Under the pieces are notes generated by a model. That model was not told where the DNA came from, made no database searches, and saw nothing but the letters and a program-made list of their open reading frames with translations. Below are positions 35,976-47,475 of a stretch of 64,000 bases of DNA, piece after piece. Within the stretch, counting starts at the first letter, position 1, and each line of letters opens with the position of its first letter. A program made the position numbers and the translations under genes. This DNA comes from Anthoceros angustus (taxonomy: Eukaryota > Plantae > Anthocerotophyta): the NCBI GenBank assembly GCA_010909165.1, contig VJWM01000019.1:62001-126000 (forward strand), written 5' to 3'.

Positions 35976-38900
35976 TCAGTGATCGTAACCAAAGGGATTC
36001 GAGGCAGGATCTTCACGATGCTCCTTGTAAGTTCTCACCAGGTCTTTAACAATTTCCTGAGTTTGGATCAATACAGGTGTCACCAGTTCTGCAGACAAAA
36101 GCACTGGTGAGAAACATGGGGCAAAGGCAGTAACATCAAGAGCAGAGTATTGCAATGTGGCTTTCAAAGTGGTGGGCACCTGCACTCTCTGGTGTGTTGT
36201 CAGCAAATATCTTCTTCCATTGTGTTGCAACCGCTTCAGCCCGGTCACCAAGGATGTCAACCAGATTTTTTCTCTGTTCCAGCTTTGGATCAACTTCTCT
36301 TTGCTCTGCTGCAAGTCCTGGAAGCACTCCGACTAGCTTACCTCCGTGCATTTTCAGCCTCTTCTGATCAATAGGAGGACTGTTGTCTGGCTTGTCTTCT
36401 CTCTCACATTGCATCAAGCGCCAAATCAAAGCTTCCCGCAGAAGGTAGCAAAGCCATGAAGACGTGGCTTGATAGAGAAGAGACGGGGGCTTCCGGTTGT
36501 CGTCTGCTACTTGTGACTTTCGAATTGACAGTGAGACCAGCTCCTTATGCGGTGCCATCAGAGTAATCTGATAACCAGCCTAGAGTAATAAAGGCACGTC
36601 AGATGACCAAAGTGGAAGCACTAAAACATGCAATGCGGTTGGTACTAAGATGCCATGTCTGGGGGACATAACAGTGATCCACAACGAGACTTACCTTGGA
36701 GACCAGTCCCTGCTGCTCCAGATCTCCGAGATGCAACTTCTGCCAGCAGTTTTGCACCTCGACATCTGACATATTTCCTAGAAAAAAGCCATCCAGACTG
36801 AAACTCCCAGATAAACTGGAGGTAGTGCCGCCATCTGGATCCTGTCTACTGTCATTTGTAGTAGCCTCAGATGTGAAATTCCACGTTGTTGTGGAGGTTA
36901 AAGACCGAGAAGTCCCTACTGGAGGAGCCCTTAAGAAAGACAGGACGTCAACACGATATTGGCACAACAAGAAACTTACAGCTCCAGGAAACTGACTTGT
37001 CCTATCTCCACCACCTTTAGGAAGAAGCACCCCTCCTTCCACGATCTTCCTACTACCCAACCGTGCTGCTACTATTGCACTGCTGGAGGATGTGATTCCA
37101 ACATTGGTGCAGCAGCCAGCGCTGCCATTCTCAGCTGGATTGGAAACAAGGAGTTCATGGTAATCGTGGAGGTGACATAGGAAGATGGACACAATTACAG
37201 GTGAGAGATAACTTCCAGGGAGTTCCACCTGAAGCTCATGACTAAAATGGGAACCAGACTGCAACCCTTCACCGTTGTTGATAACTGTAGACATATACAT
37301 AGCCACTGGTTTGCAGCTTGGTCCCACGCTTTCAAATTTTAGAATGAGTGTCCAATACGAAGACAGGGCGTAGTCACTGAGATTCTGAAGATCAACAGAA
37401 ACTTGAATTGAAGGAGAATTTGACAGACTGCTAGCTGTCCCTTTTGAAGTAAGAGGTGTGGCAAACACCAACTGCTCTGGAGAGACAATCCCTGAGGGGA
37501 ATTGATTTACCTGCAAGGTACAATGAAAGCCTTTCCAGCCCGTGTTCGCAGTCTTGTTTAATGGCTCAGCTCCTGGTAAGGTGGTTGGTGACAGAACCAC
37601 GGATCTAACATTTCTGTTGGACAAGTCATACGTAAGATACAAAGATACAGCGAGTTCATTGATGGCTGTGTTAATAGCACGACAATGATTCCTCACAGCC
37701 TCTGTCTGTCTGGCAATGTCTGCCACAGCTTGTAGGAGGTTCTGCACCAGAAGAATCACTTTGTCACAAGAGTTTTCACCTGAACAAACGAAAATGGACC
37801 CGCAATCCATAACCAAGAACTCTGGCTGACCTTTACTTTCTCTTTTGTCCGTGCTTGCGACATAGCCCAGCTATGTGAACTCTCGACATTAGGTCCTCTA
37901 TCATCAACCGCATTTGAAGCAGGCTCATCAAGGACTTCCACTCCAATGAGTCGTCCGCGTGTTGTCAGTACCACGAGTGGCCTGCCATTTAACGCCCTTC
38001 CAGCACCAGGATTGCCTGCTACCGCACAAATACGATCTGCTACAGGTACTGTTTTGTGTAGGAGCCTGTGCCTCAATTGCTTTCCGAATATGCGAGTTTG
38101 AGATAAAGTAGTGGATGCTGAGCCAGGCTCAAATAGTTCAGCAACAAAAACTTCAGCCCCAACTCTATAACATAAGTGCCGTGATCCAAGCATGCAAGCT
38201 GATGAAACTGGTGACTTGACGGACCACTTGTGAATCCCCACATCAGCGGTCACCTGAATGCTCCCTGCATCTTTGCAAGGGAGAAATGGGCTATCATTTG
38301 ATTCTTGACCTGTAGAAGTAAGGGCAACAACTGTACCCGACTGTCCAACAATCAGCATAATGTCTGGTCCAATAAGCCCTGCAGATTGGCCATCTTGAGA
38401 ATCAGAAGAAAGAGGGAGCAGGGCTACAATCGGTTCCTCGATGTCAAGCAGGACTCTTTTTGTCATTCTTGTCAGCCTTAAGTTAGGCATGGCATAAATG
38501 TATACCTTCCCATGGTCGTCACCTGAACTTCCCAAGGAGGAAAGAATTAGGAGACAAAGTCAGCACAGTTTACGTCTTAACCAACAGCGAGAAGAAAAAA
38601 TGGGCTACCTTGGATAAGTAGATGGCGTGGCATCATTTCCACTCCTTTTCCGGCAAGACAACTAAAGAGTGCTTCAGACAGCAAAGTGGCCATGTTTTTA
38701 CCTCCTGAATGGCTTGTTCTAGCACATGACACAAAAAGCAAACAAGTCGGCTCACTGTTTATGTCGGCTGTTGGCCTGAGACCTGTTGACAGCTGGTCAG
38801 GGTACTGCGCATTTGTGGAACCTGCTTCAAGAAGAACTGGGGATCCTGCTTGTGCCATGATAATCACCTTGAAAGACATATAACCTCAAGCATAAGCAGT

Positions 38901-39861
38901 TACTTTTACTAACATTCAGTGCTGCACAGCTGAAATGGAAGTGAACCCCCCCAATGAGCCAAGAACTTACTGAGCTACTTGTGCTAAACAGGCCAACGGT
39001 TGCAGCCTGCAGAGACCCCAGAAGTGTCTCTGCAGAGACTGAAGTTGGTGTCAAAAACTGCGTTTTCCTCGAATACCCCGAGACATTTAAGTTGGCCCAT
39101 AGCAGACGTGAGATGGCCTTCTGGTAAGCGTTCCATGACTCTCCAGTTTGCATGCCCTTGGAGAGACCTCCAGCGAGACTTTGTTTATGCACGTTTTCCA
39201 CCACGGGGCAAATACTTTCATCGTATACATCGTTATCCTCAAAGAGCTGCCATTCCTCGCCGGGGAGCTTGGAATGATCGCCAAGCTTGGCATGACTGCT
39301 TGTGTTTGGTACCAAATTCAGACCCGTAGCTGAAGTCCTACTTCTGCAAGGAAATGGGAAACCAGTTTCATCAAGATGCATGCACATGGAATATGTGGAT
39401 CAACAGTGGCTTTTTGAAAACGATGAAAAACTTAACACCAGACCTAGAGATGGAAGGGCCCTTGCTCGCAATCTCGAGAAGGAACACAGATCCATCTGCA
39501 GTGATGACCAGCAAGGAGGCACTCCGTGTACTAGTCTTTTTCCCCACTTCTGCGGTGTCCACCCCCTTTTCCTCATTGAGGTCCCCGAGCAGTAGAAAGG
39601 AAGGATCGGATTGAAATCTATAAATTGACTGCGCAGCCGATTGAGAACACCGTGGAATTAGCACCCTGCTTAATGTTCACAAAGGATCCCCCAGGCGAAG
39701 CTAACCTGCAGGACGCCGTCCTGGAACACGTGGATCAGACAGGGCGAGGCTCGGCAGGCAACCCAAAACAGCGGTGTGGGTCCTAGTGCGAATCCCGTCA
39801 GGAGAGGGCGGCCTGATATCCTGAGCTTAGCCCACTCCTTGTGCCGTGCTTGCTTCCGCAT
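35976..39861 (-). CDS. FAAP100: Probable FAAP100 (Fanconi anaemia core complex-associated protein 100) homologue, about 8 exons; last exon 36088-35976; start codon uncertain
   Basis: Colinear blocks resembling human FAAP100 as remembered: LLSEALFSCL, VLLDIEEPIVALLPL, DIMLIVGQSGTVVAL, WSVKSPVSSAC, LVVLTTRGRLI, KEKVK|NLLQAVADIARQTEAVR (coiled coil), LQNLSDYALSSYWTL, PVIVSIFL, LVRTYKEHR. Confidence 0.72.
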
Positions 39862-40634
39862 CTTTGCAATCAATAATCTCTTTACAACGCTGGTCTACCG
39901 TGGCGAGAATGCCGGCGGTGCCACAGCCGGGTCCTGAGCCTGAAGTTGTTCCCAGCTCGTGGTGCAAAGAGCTCTTCGCATTCTTCAGAAGGTGGAGAGA
40001 AAGACGGGGGGAAACTTTCTGCATCGACGAGTTATGTCCTGTGGCTCTCCACATAAACTCGATGGGCTGACAATTTGCTACGCTATAGTACTTTGGCTCC
40101 GAGACACTGGGTCGTAGGTGTGGATGTGGAGAAGATGTCGTCGGAACCTCAATGACATCTGAGGCCTCCACCATCAAGAACTGGGTTGTGTGAACATGGT
40201 GCTAATGCATGTACGTAACCCAGCCAATGCTTCAGCAAGCACCTGCTCTGCAGATATCAGTCTGCTCGTCGAGCATGAGCCTTAAGGACTAGCTTGATCT
40301 CCGCTACTCCACAGTTGCACGGCCTGCTTATCTTTTGTCTGCGTTTTTAGCAATCGCAGAAGTCATGTCAGAAGGCATCTGGTTTGGCATCAATCGCCTG
40401 AGCTCACAACATTTCGTACAGGGCTTGTGGAGGCGAGAGTTCACGACGTCATGTCATGTAACATGGTCTGCTGTAACTTTGGCTGTCGGGTTCGCCATGT
40501 TCGTTGCCCCATTGCTTAGCAAGATGGCCCTGTGCATAAACGGCATTGGTACAATTTGGCAGCGTTGCAAGAACTGCCAGGGTACATACTTATGTATGTC
40601 GCTGATTCCGTGTGGAAGAAGGGGACAAGAAAGA

Positions 40635-43600
40635 TCACAGACGAGATAGCCCGGTGATAGGTGAGGCAATGGACATGTGGATTCTGCTCAGATCCAGCTT
40701 GGGGTTTCGCCTGATGGATTTGCCCGCATGAAACATTTTCATCAGTTGCTCCAGCGCCTTGACAACCTCAACAACTGTGGGCCTGGCTGTAGTGGCGGGG
40801 TTGACGCACCACACCGCCATCTCCGCAAGCTTCAGCAGAGCTTCTGGTTTCTCAGGCACTGGCAGCCGGGGATCTAAAATGCTCAGCCCTTGCCCGCTTT
40901 CGATCAGAGGGACTGCTCGTGCGACCTGCAGCAACGACGTCACAAATAGACGGATTCTTCAACATGAGCCTATCCTTGCCAGTCATAGGATTGCCATTGC
41001 AGACAGTCACAGCACACTTCAGAATGTAACGATTACCAGATGTGATCTTGTGTGGCCTGAATTGAAGGTCCCGGTATCTAGAAGTTGTCGGCCTGTGAGA
41101 ATCTCTAACACTATGACCCCGAACCCGAAGATGTCGCCGGCCTTGGACACCTGAATGCTGCCAGTGCTCTGGCCTCGGCTCAAGGGAGAGCCAGGGAAGT
41201 GGTGCGACGTCGGTACCCACCTTGGGTCAGAAAAGAGCTCCACCTGGTCTCCGGTGGCGCAGAAAACGGCGAGGTGGAATCCGGAGATGCGGGGAGCCCA
41301 AGATTTGTCCAGCAGAATGTTTCTGGATTTCAAGTCCCGGTGGATCACGCAGGGATCCGCGAAGATGTGCAAGTACTCGAGCCCCCTGCAAACACAATGT
41401 CAGCAAGTTGTGCTTCCAAGAAATTCACTTGGATGCTGCTTCTTGGAATTGGAGATCAGGCGGTGTGGAAATCTGCGCTCACCTTGCAACCTGAAGGGCA
41501 ATGTTCAGTCTTAGCTCCCAGCCCAGCAGCAACTTGGAGTTCCGGCCTTCAGAGCCGGTGATGGGCTCTCTTGGACTCAGGGGCCCGATTAGCGCGTCCC
41601 TCAAGCTCCCGTTCTCGGGGTGCTGGAACACCAGGAGCCTGCCAATGGGGTCCGGAGAGTATCCCACCAGCTGCACCACATTGCTGTGCTTCAAGCCCGC
41701 AAGAACTTCCAGCTCTCGGTTGGCGGAATTGAAGTCCATGGACGGCGACTGCTTCACCGTCACCAGTCTGCCATCTCCCAACACGCCCCGGTAGATCTGC
41801 CCAGCACGCCCGCGGTACACCAGGTTGGCCTGGTTGAATCCGCCAGTGGCCCTGGAGATCTCGGCCACAGGGAAAACGGTCCTCTTGCTGGCGTTGAGCA
41901 GGAAGAGAGCTTCTCTGCCTATGCCTAACCGCTGCACTGAACGCTTGACAAGGCCCCTCTGCTGTATCCTTCGATTGGAGCAGCACAGCACTGTCCCCAC
42001 AACCAGCATGAAGGCCACGCCCAAGATGGATGCTGTTATGCCTGCAATCAGGGCTTCTCTGCTGGAGTGGTGCCTTCCCAGGAGTTTGTCTGGGCTGGAG
42101 ATGACGAAGCTTGCCTCCCAGCCTAGGCCGCCTCCTGCTTCCGTGGAGAACACCACCAGCATGGGGCCCTCTGTCGTGATCTGTAGCCACAGCACATGTA
42201 CACACAGAGGTCATGGGTATTCATCATCATCCATGTTCGGAAGGAGCATGTGCAGCGACATTGAAAGGCTGAGCCGGACCTGAGGAGGCGGATTGGTGAA
42301 GTTGCCAGAGAAGGTCTGGATGGGAGTGGAAGAAGGAGTTATGGCGCGTCCACTGTAAACAGCCACAGTGTCCTTGCTGCTCACTGTGTTGATTCTGCTG
42401 AAGCTCAGAAGCACAGGCGTGTGTGGCTTGCCCAGAAGTAGCCAGCTGCAGGACAGCCCCCTGCCATAGACCTGTCCATCAGGGCTGCCGTCGGAGATAT
42501 TGCCTGTTTTGCTGTTGATGATCTCTTGCCCTTGGCAGAACCCTGTCATTAAAATGTATGGCTCATGATCAGTACTACTACGACATGACGCACCAGCAGA
42601 AGACATGCAGCGGAAAATGTACACCACATTCTTTACCAGCTTCATACTTCAGGATCCAGCCGTTGGCACTGGGGCTCACAACGCTGCGGGTGCTGAAAGT
42701 GATGAGCATAGCAGGGCCTTCAACCACGGCATCCACGAGATGCTGGTCATACAAAAATCCCCCAAACTGAGAGGAGCAGCCGCTTGCAAAGGGTGAGGTT
42801 GCATTCAGTGCATCAGCCAAGGCAAGCAGCTTCCTTGAATGCTGTCCTGCAGTCCACAAGGCCGCGTTGGACAGCAAATTTGCCCCACCCAATTTGTTGG
42901 GGTTGTCCGAGCAGGAGGCAGAATCCGAGAGGATGTTCACAGGGTTATCCGGCGGCACCGCAAGAAAGATCCACCACAAGTGGATGAACTTGGCTTGGGT
43001 CACGTTCACGATCCAGCTGCACCTGAGGTTGGGGCTGTACGGCTGGAGGCCGAACTTCCCGTCCACGATGAGCCCGTTCTGGATGGTTCTCTCAGCGTCT
43101 GTTACGATCACCGTCCCCCCGCACGCATCTGAATTAAGCCCAACATACCTCCATCAGAGCCTGACATGAAAGCTACTAGTGCCACAATCTGGTAGCCTGG
43201 TGACATCCTCCAGACCTCTGCACTGCAACAACATCATCATTTCAAACACTCTCTCCAACCAAGCATCTGATGAGTCACCTGGAAGCATCTGCAGCATGCA
43301 ATTCCCGTGCTCCACGCTCCACAGCTGCTGCACCAGGAAGCGGGATCCGTAGATGCCCACCAGGTTGAAGCTCACCTGGTTGTCATCTACCACAGGGCGT
43401 GAGCTCGGGTCCGGGTTCATGATGGGCCAGGGGCACACCTGGCTAATTGTGCGATTGTCCTGGCTCCGCCATCCTTCCCCGTTGAAGGCAGTAGCCGTCT
43501 CCGCCAGCTGGCCCAGCATGCTGGAAACGAGAGTGTCCAGCCCCGAATCCGCGTTGGGCGGACTTAGCAGCGCCTGCGACTGGCTCCAGAAGTTGCAGAA

Positions 43601-44425
43601 GTCGCCCATCACTGGCTGCTTGCTCCACACCAGCTTCAGCAGCGGGCCCTGGTCCAGCGACACGGGGTACGCCCCGGAGCAGGAGCAGGAAAGAGCACCC
43701 CCCATGGCGTCGTACGCGAACTGCACATCCCGGCTGAACACTATGTAGTAGACAGCATCCTCCTGCTGCGGCAGAGTGCAGTTGAGGCCGCCGGAGCTCT
43801 GGAACGCCAGGGCAATCACGGCGTTCACATCGGCATCCGTGACATTGCCCCCGCTCCCGCTGTAGACGCACTCCGCACCCAGCGTCACATTGTTTGTGAC
43901 AGGCACCTGGTCAGGACCTTTGTACTGCCGAACAATCTCCCACCATCTCTCCACCGTGGGGAGATCTGCACCAGGCCCCGAGGTCTGATTCTGGGTGTCC
44001 GGGGTCAGGGATCGGAAGGCAGTTCTGACGACTGCTTTGCTGGGCTCCTCCCACGGCCCGAACCAGATGAGATGGACGGTGATGGGCGTCCCCATGACCC
44101 TTCCTTCTACTCCTCCTTTCAAGGAGAAATTGGCTGGAGGGCCGGATCCGGAGCCATCGTCACCCAGAAGCACTCGCTGCCGTCGCTTCTTCACGTTCGC
44201 CCCCGGGCGTGAGGCGGCATAGGAATTGACGCTCTCCAGGGAATCGACACGCCCCGGGAGGCTTCCTCCTGCATCGCGTTGATCTCTGGGGAGCGGGAGT
44301 CGGGTGAAGCGGCGATGCGGCGGCGATGCATCAACGTTTCCATGGACACCGGGCGCCGGGCGAGCGAACGAGGAGGCCGAGGCGAGCAGCAGGAGGATGA
44401 GGAGCGAGACAGCCATCTCCCACAT
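40635..44425 (-). CDS. Receptor-like (pseudo)kinase with PHI-1/EXORDIUM and two CUB ectodomains, about 1079 aa; exons 44425-43279, 43128-42637, 42542-42280, 42180-41483, 41385-41037, 40925-40635
   Basis: Signal peptide MAVSLLILLLLASASSFA. PHI-1 motifs GRVMGTPITVHLIWFGPW, PTVERWWEIVRQY, PPNADSGLDTLVS...LAETAT and FNLVG...RFLVQQLW. CUB1: CGG...YSPNLRCSWIV...MLITFSTRS...GWILKY. CUB2: CQG...GNISDG...YGRGLSCSWLL...MLVVFSTE...GWEASF. TM ALIAGITASILGVAFMLVVGTVL. Kinase with VTVK and HRDLKSRN. All five introns are GT-AG with phases 1,1,0,2,0, totalling 3240 nt. Confidence 0.88.
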
Positions 44426-44829
44426 CCAGCTCTCTTGCCTTCCATGGGAAAGCTTCCTGCAAAGCGTGTTCCGAGAGCAGGCCAAGAAAGGATGCTTCAG
44501 TGGAGCCAGTGTGGTTGCTAGGGGGCAGGTTTCCTTGCGCTAAGGCACAAAGCCGGCGCTGGGTCCATGGAGGAGGGCCAGGGAATCACGGCGGCAATTG
44601 CGAGTGAGAGATCTGTAGCCAGCACTCCGCCAGTCCTGCCAAACTTCAGGCACGCCATTGCAATCGCCCAGGAGGCCTCCAAGTGGCGACACCTGCGCTT
44701 CTCAAGGCTCAGTACATACAATATTTTTGTGGAATTTAGTTGGTAGTACGGACAACAAATAGACATATTGAATATGAGTTCAGTTTCTTGCACTTCTTGC
44801 CAAATCTTTATATCTGGACTTTGGAAGGA

Positions 44830-46030
44830 AATGTGGAGATTTTATTAAAAAAACAAGATGGGAAATCCCATCTACCCCGAGGCTAAAGGGGACAACCCAC
44901 CGGAAGGGCGGGGGAGTGGGGGAGAAGGTGCCCCCACACTAATCTACCCTGTAACCCCCAACCGCCCCCAAGATATCGCCGTCCAAGATAGGGAAGGGCC
45001 TACTTACCACTGGTGCCGCCGATGCTGCGTCTCCAGCACTCGTGACCGTCCTAAAGATGGCACGACAAATGCCCTTTGCAGGGCAATGGAAACCGGTTGC
45101 CTAAAATAAGCCACAACACTGGAAAGGGGGAGGCCAACCCCGCCCTTGTCGTTGTGGTAGGCCCTTGCACACTCCTTGATGAAACGAGAAAAAACCTTAC
45201 CCAAGGCCCCATGGGTTTCAAGAAGCTTTTGCACTCTTCTCCTCATAGCTCTCCTGCCTAGGTTTAAGGGTCAAGATTCTAAAGTGCAAGGTTTGGTCCC
45301 CATCTGGCATTACTCCCTCTCTTCAATTTCATGGGGGAGGGGGGAGGGACATTGTTCTTCGGAGGGACTTTGCATCTTGGGAGTCCTCATGGGACCTCTA
45401 GCCTTTATTTAGGGTTTTGTGGATAAGGCTTTGAAGAAGGACTTGGCCCACGTCGGCGACCTATCTCTATTAGGGGATCCTTACGTCCTGCTTTGTGTGT
45501 CGACCGGGTTATCTCACCAGGACGGTGGCTCCCTCCCCAACTTTTTGGTTAAGCCTGCGTAATTTTGATCTACAGATTATGAAGGCACTTGGAGACATTA
45601 TCGGGTCGGGGACCTTCGAGTGTGCCACATGGAGCTTTGCGCAGCGGTAGGCATCCCTTTCTGTGCTTTTGGGGGCACAGGTTTGCTGGCCATGGAGGCC
45701 TCGGCGCCCAAGGCCTTCCTTGGGAGTTGGGCCGTCTTTGCCCCTATCTTCAACGCTCATTCTAAATCCGGGATGTTCACATCTTGGAGGCCTTCGACTT
45801 GAGCATTGAAGAGGGGGCCTTCCTTTTGCAAGCTTCTCTTAAGTTGGCCAGGGAGTCCCTTTCCTCCGAGGCTAGGGCGCCCATACCTCCCTTTTCCTCG
45901 TTTTCCGTGGAAAGGCTACGTGGCCTTTAGGCTTCTCTCTAGGAGAAGCAATACGGGCAAGCGCAGCGGGCAATCCTTCTAGACTCTACTATTCTCCGGC
46001 CTGTTCATGCCCGCATCCGCTTTTGCTCGG
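44830..46030. mobile_element. Rearranged fragments of a CRE-like non-LTR retrotransposon (3' end on - strand at about 44830-45250; internal part on + strand at about 45250-46030)
   Basis: ETHGALGKVFSRFIKECA...FRQPVSIALQRA on the - strand, homologous to 46590-47470 and 49895-51820. Confidence 0.8.
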
Positions 46031-46589
46031 TATCATGCCGCGTGACACTAATCTCTGTACTTTAATTAATCTAAAGCGCTTACGTTAATTAAGTGTTTAT
46101 TAATGTTAATTAAACATGGTTAACAATAGCCAAGTGGATAAGCTGAAGTAATATGCTTAGGCATATTTCTTGCATATTATAGTGTATTCTTATGATACAA
46201 TAGCTAGTGGATAAGTTCAAGTAATATGCTTTAGCATATTCCTTGCATATTATAGTGTATTCTTAGGATATTTCGGCATGCCGAAGAGGATATCTTAGGA
46301 ATATGCCAATGCCAAGGGCTAGTATATATAGACTCTTTCAGAGGACAGCTCGGATCATAGCTTGTCCTCTTGATATGCAATGCAAGGGTGTTGTGAGGAG
46401 GCCAAAGCTATGACTCCGAGAGCGATGTGTGAGGAATTTGCGTGTTGTTCTCGTGAGGAGAGTGTGTTTGTGCCATGATGTGCGAGCTACTCCTTCCCAT
46501 TGTTATTGGTTTGCACCTATATTTGCATATTTGATTTGTTTGCTTGGTTGTTTGTTGAGGAAGTGCTTATATGAATTCAAGTGCTTACC

Positions 46590-47475
46590 TCGTGCGACAT
46601 CGGGGAAGGGAGCAGGCTCCTGGATTCTGGCTCGGCCTTGCATCCAGGGTTTTGAATCGCACCAGCTTCTTTTTCTACCGCCTGGGTTTGGTCGAGCCTC
46701 TGGCCTATTCTCTCTCAGCTTGCAGCTGTGGGGCCTCCCTCGACGACTCAGGGTCCCACCTGGCTTGTTGTCTAATTGGAGAGCAACGTATCGCTACGCA
46801 TGATGCCGTTTGCAACGTTATGCTCTTGATAGCCAAGGAGAGGGGTTATTTTCCATATAGGTAGCGTCCATATACCCTGTGCAATGGGATGTCACTTTGG
46901 GCACATTTATTTCTGAACCTAGAGCACCAAATCTATGTTGCAGATGCCGTCGTAACGGACCCTGCCCAGAACTCCATTTGTGAGCATGTCATTATCAACC
47001 CTCCGGCCTAGACGGTGGGGGGATGCGCGACTGCCAAGGTATACAATACACCTTTGCAGGATGGCCACGCCTTCATTCCCCTCGCCATTGAGACTCACGG
47101 GGCTATGGGCAAGGATTTTTCTCGGCTCATTAAGGTTTGTGCTAAAGCCTACCACCGTTGTCGGAACGGGGTGGGTCTCCCTCTTTCCTTGGTGGTGGCT
47201 TTCTTTTGACAGTGAGTATCCATCGCACTGCAGAGGGCGCTGGTCAATGCTAATTACAAGACGACGATGAGCGCAAGAGACGTGGCGTCATCGGCACTAG
47301 TTGTAGGTAGGCCTTTCCTCATCTCGGACCACAATATTATCGGGGCAGTAGGTAGCTTTGGGGTTGACATTCATGGGGGCTAGCCACCCTTGGCTCTTGA
47401 CCCTACTGGATTGTCCCCCCTCGGTTTGGGGTGGATGGGTTTTCCCATCTCTTCTTTTTAATAAAGTCTCCATTG
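46590..47475 (+). mobile_element. 5'-truncated CRE-like non-LTR retrotransposon (CCHC zinc knuckle and restriction-like endonuclease region)
   Basis: CSCGASLDDSGSHLACC...IATHDAVCNVM, YVADAVV, FIPLAIETHGAMGK and the SIALQRA region. Ends AATAAAGTCTCC. Confidence 0.8.

Noticed and set aside
39827-40177. ORF as the first exon of the FAAP100-like gene
   Set aside because: It is out of frame with, and stops within, the better-supported first exon beginning near 39861. It may be 5' UTR or a uORF.
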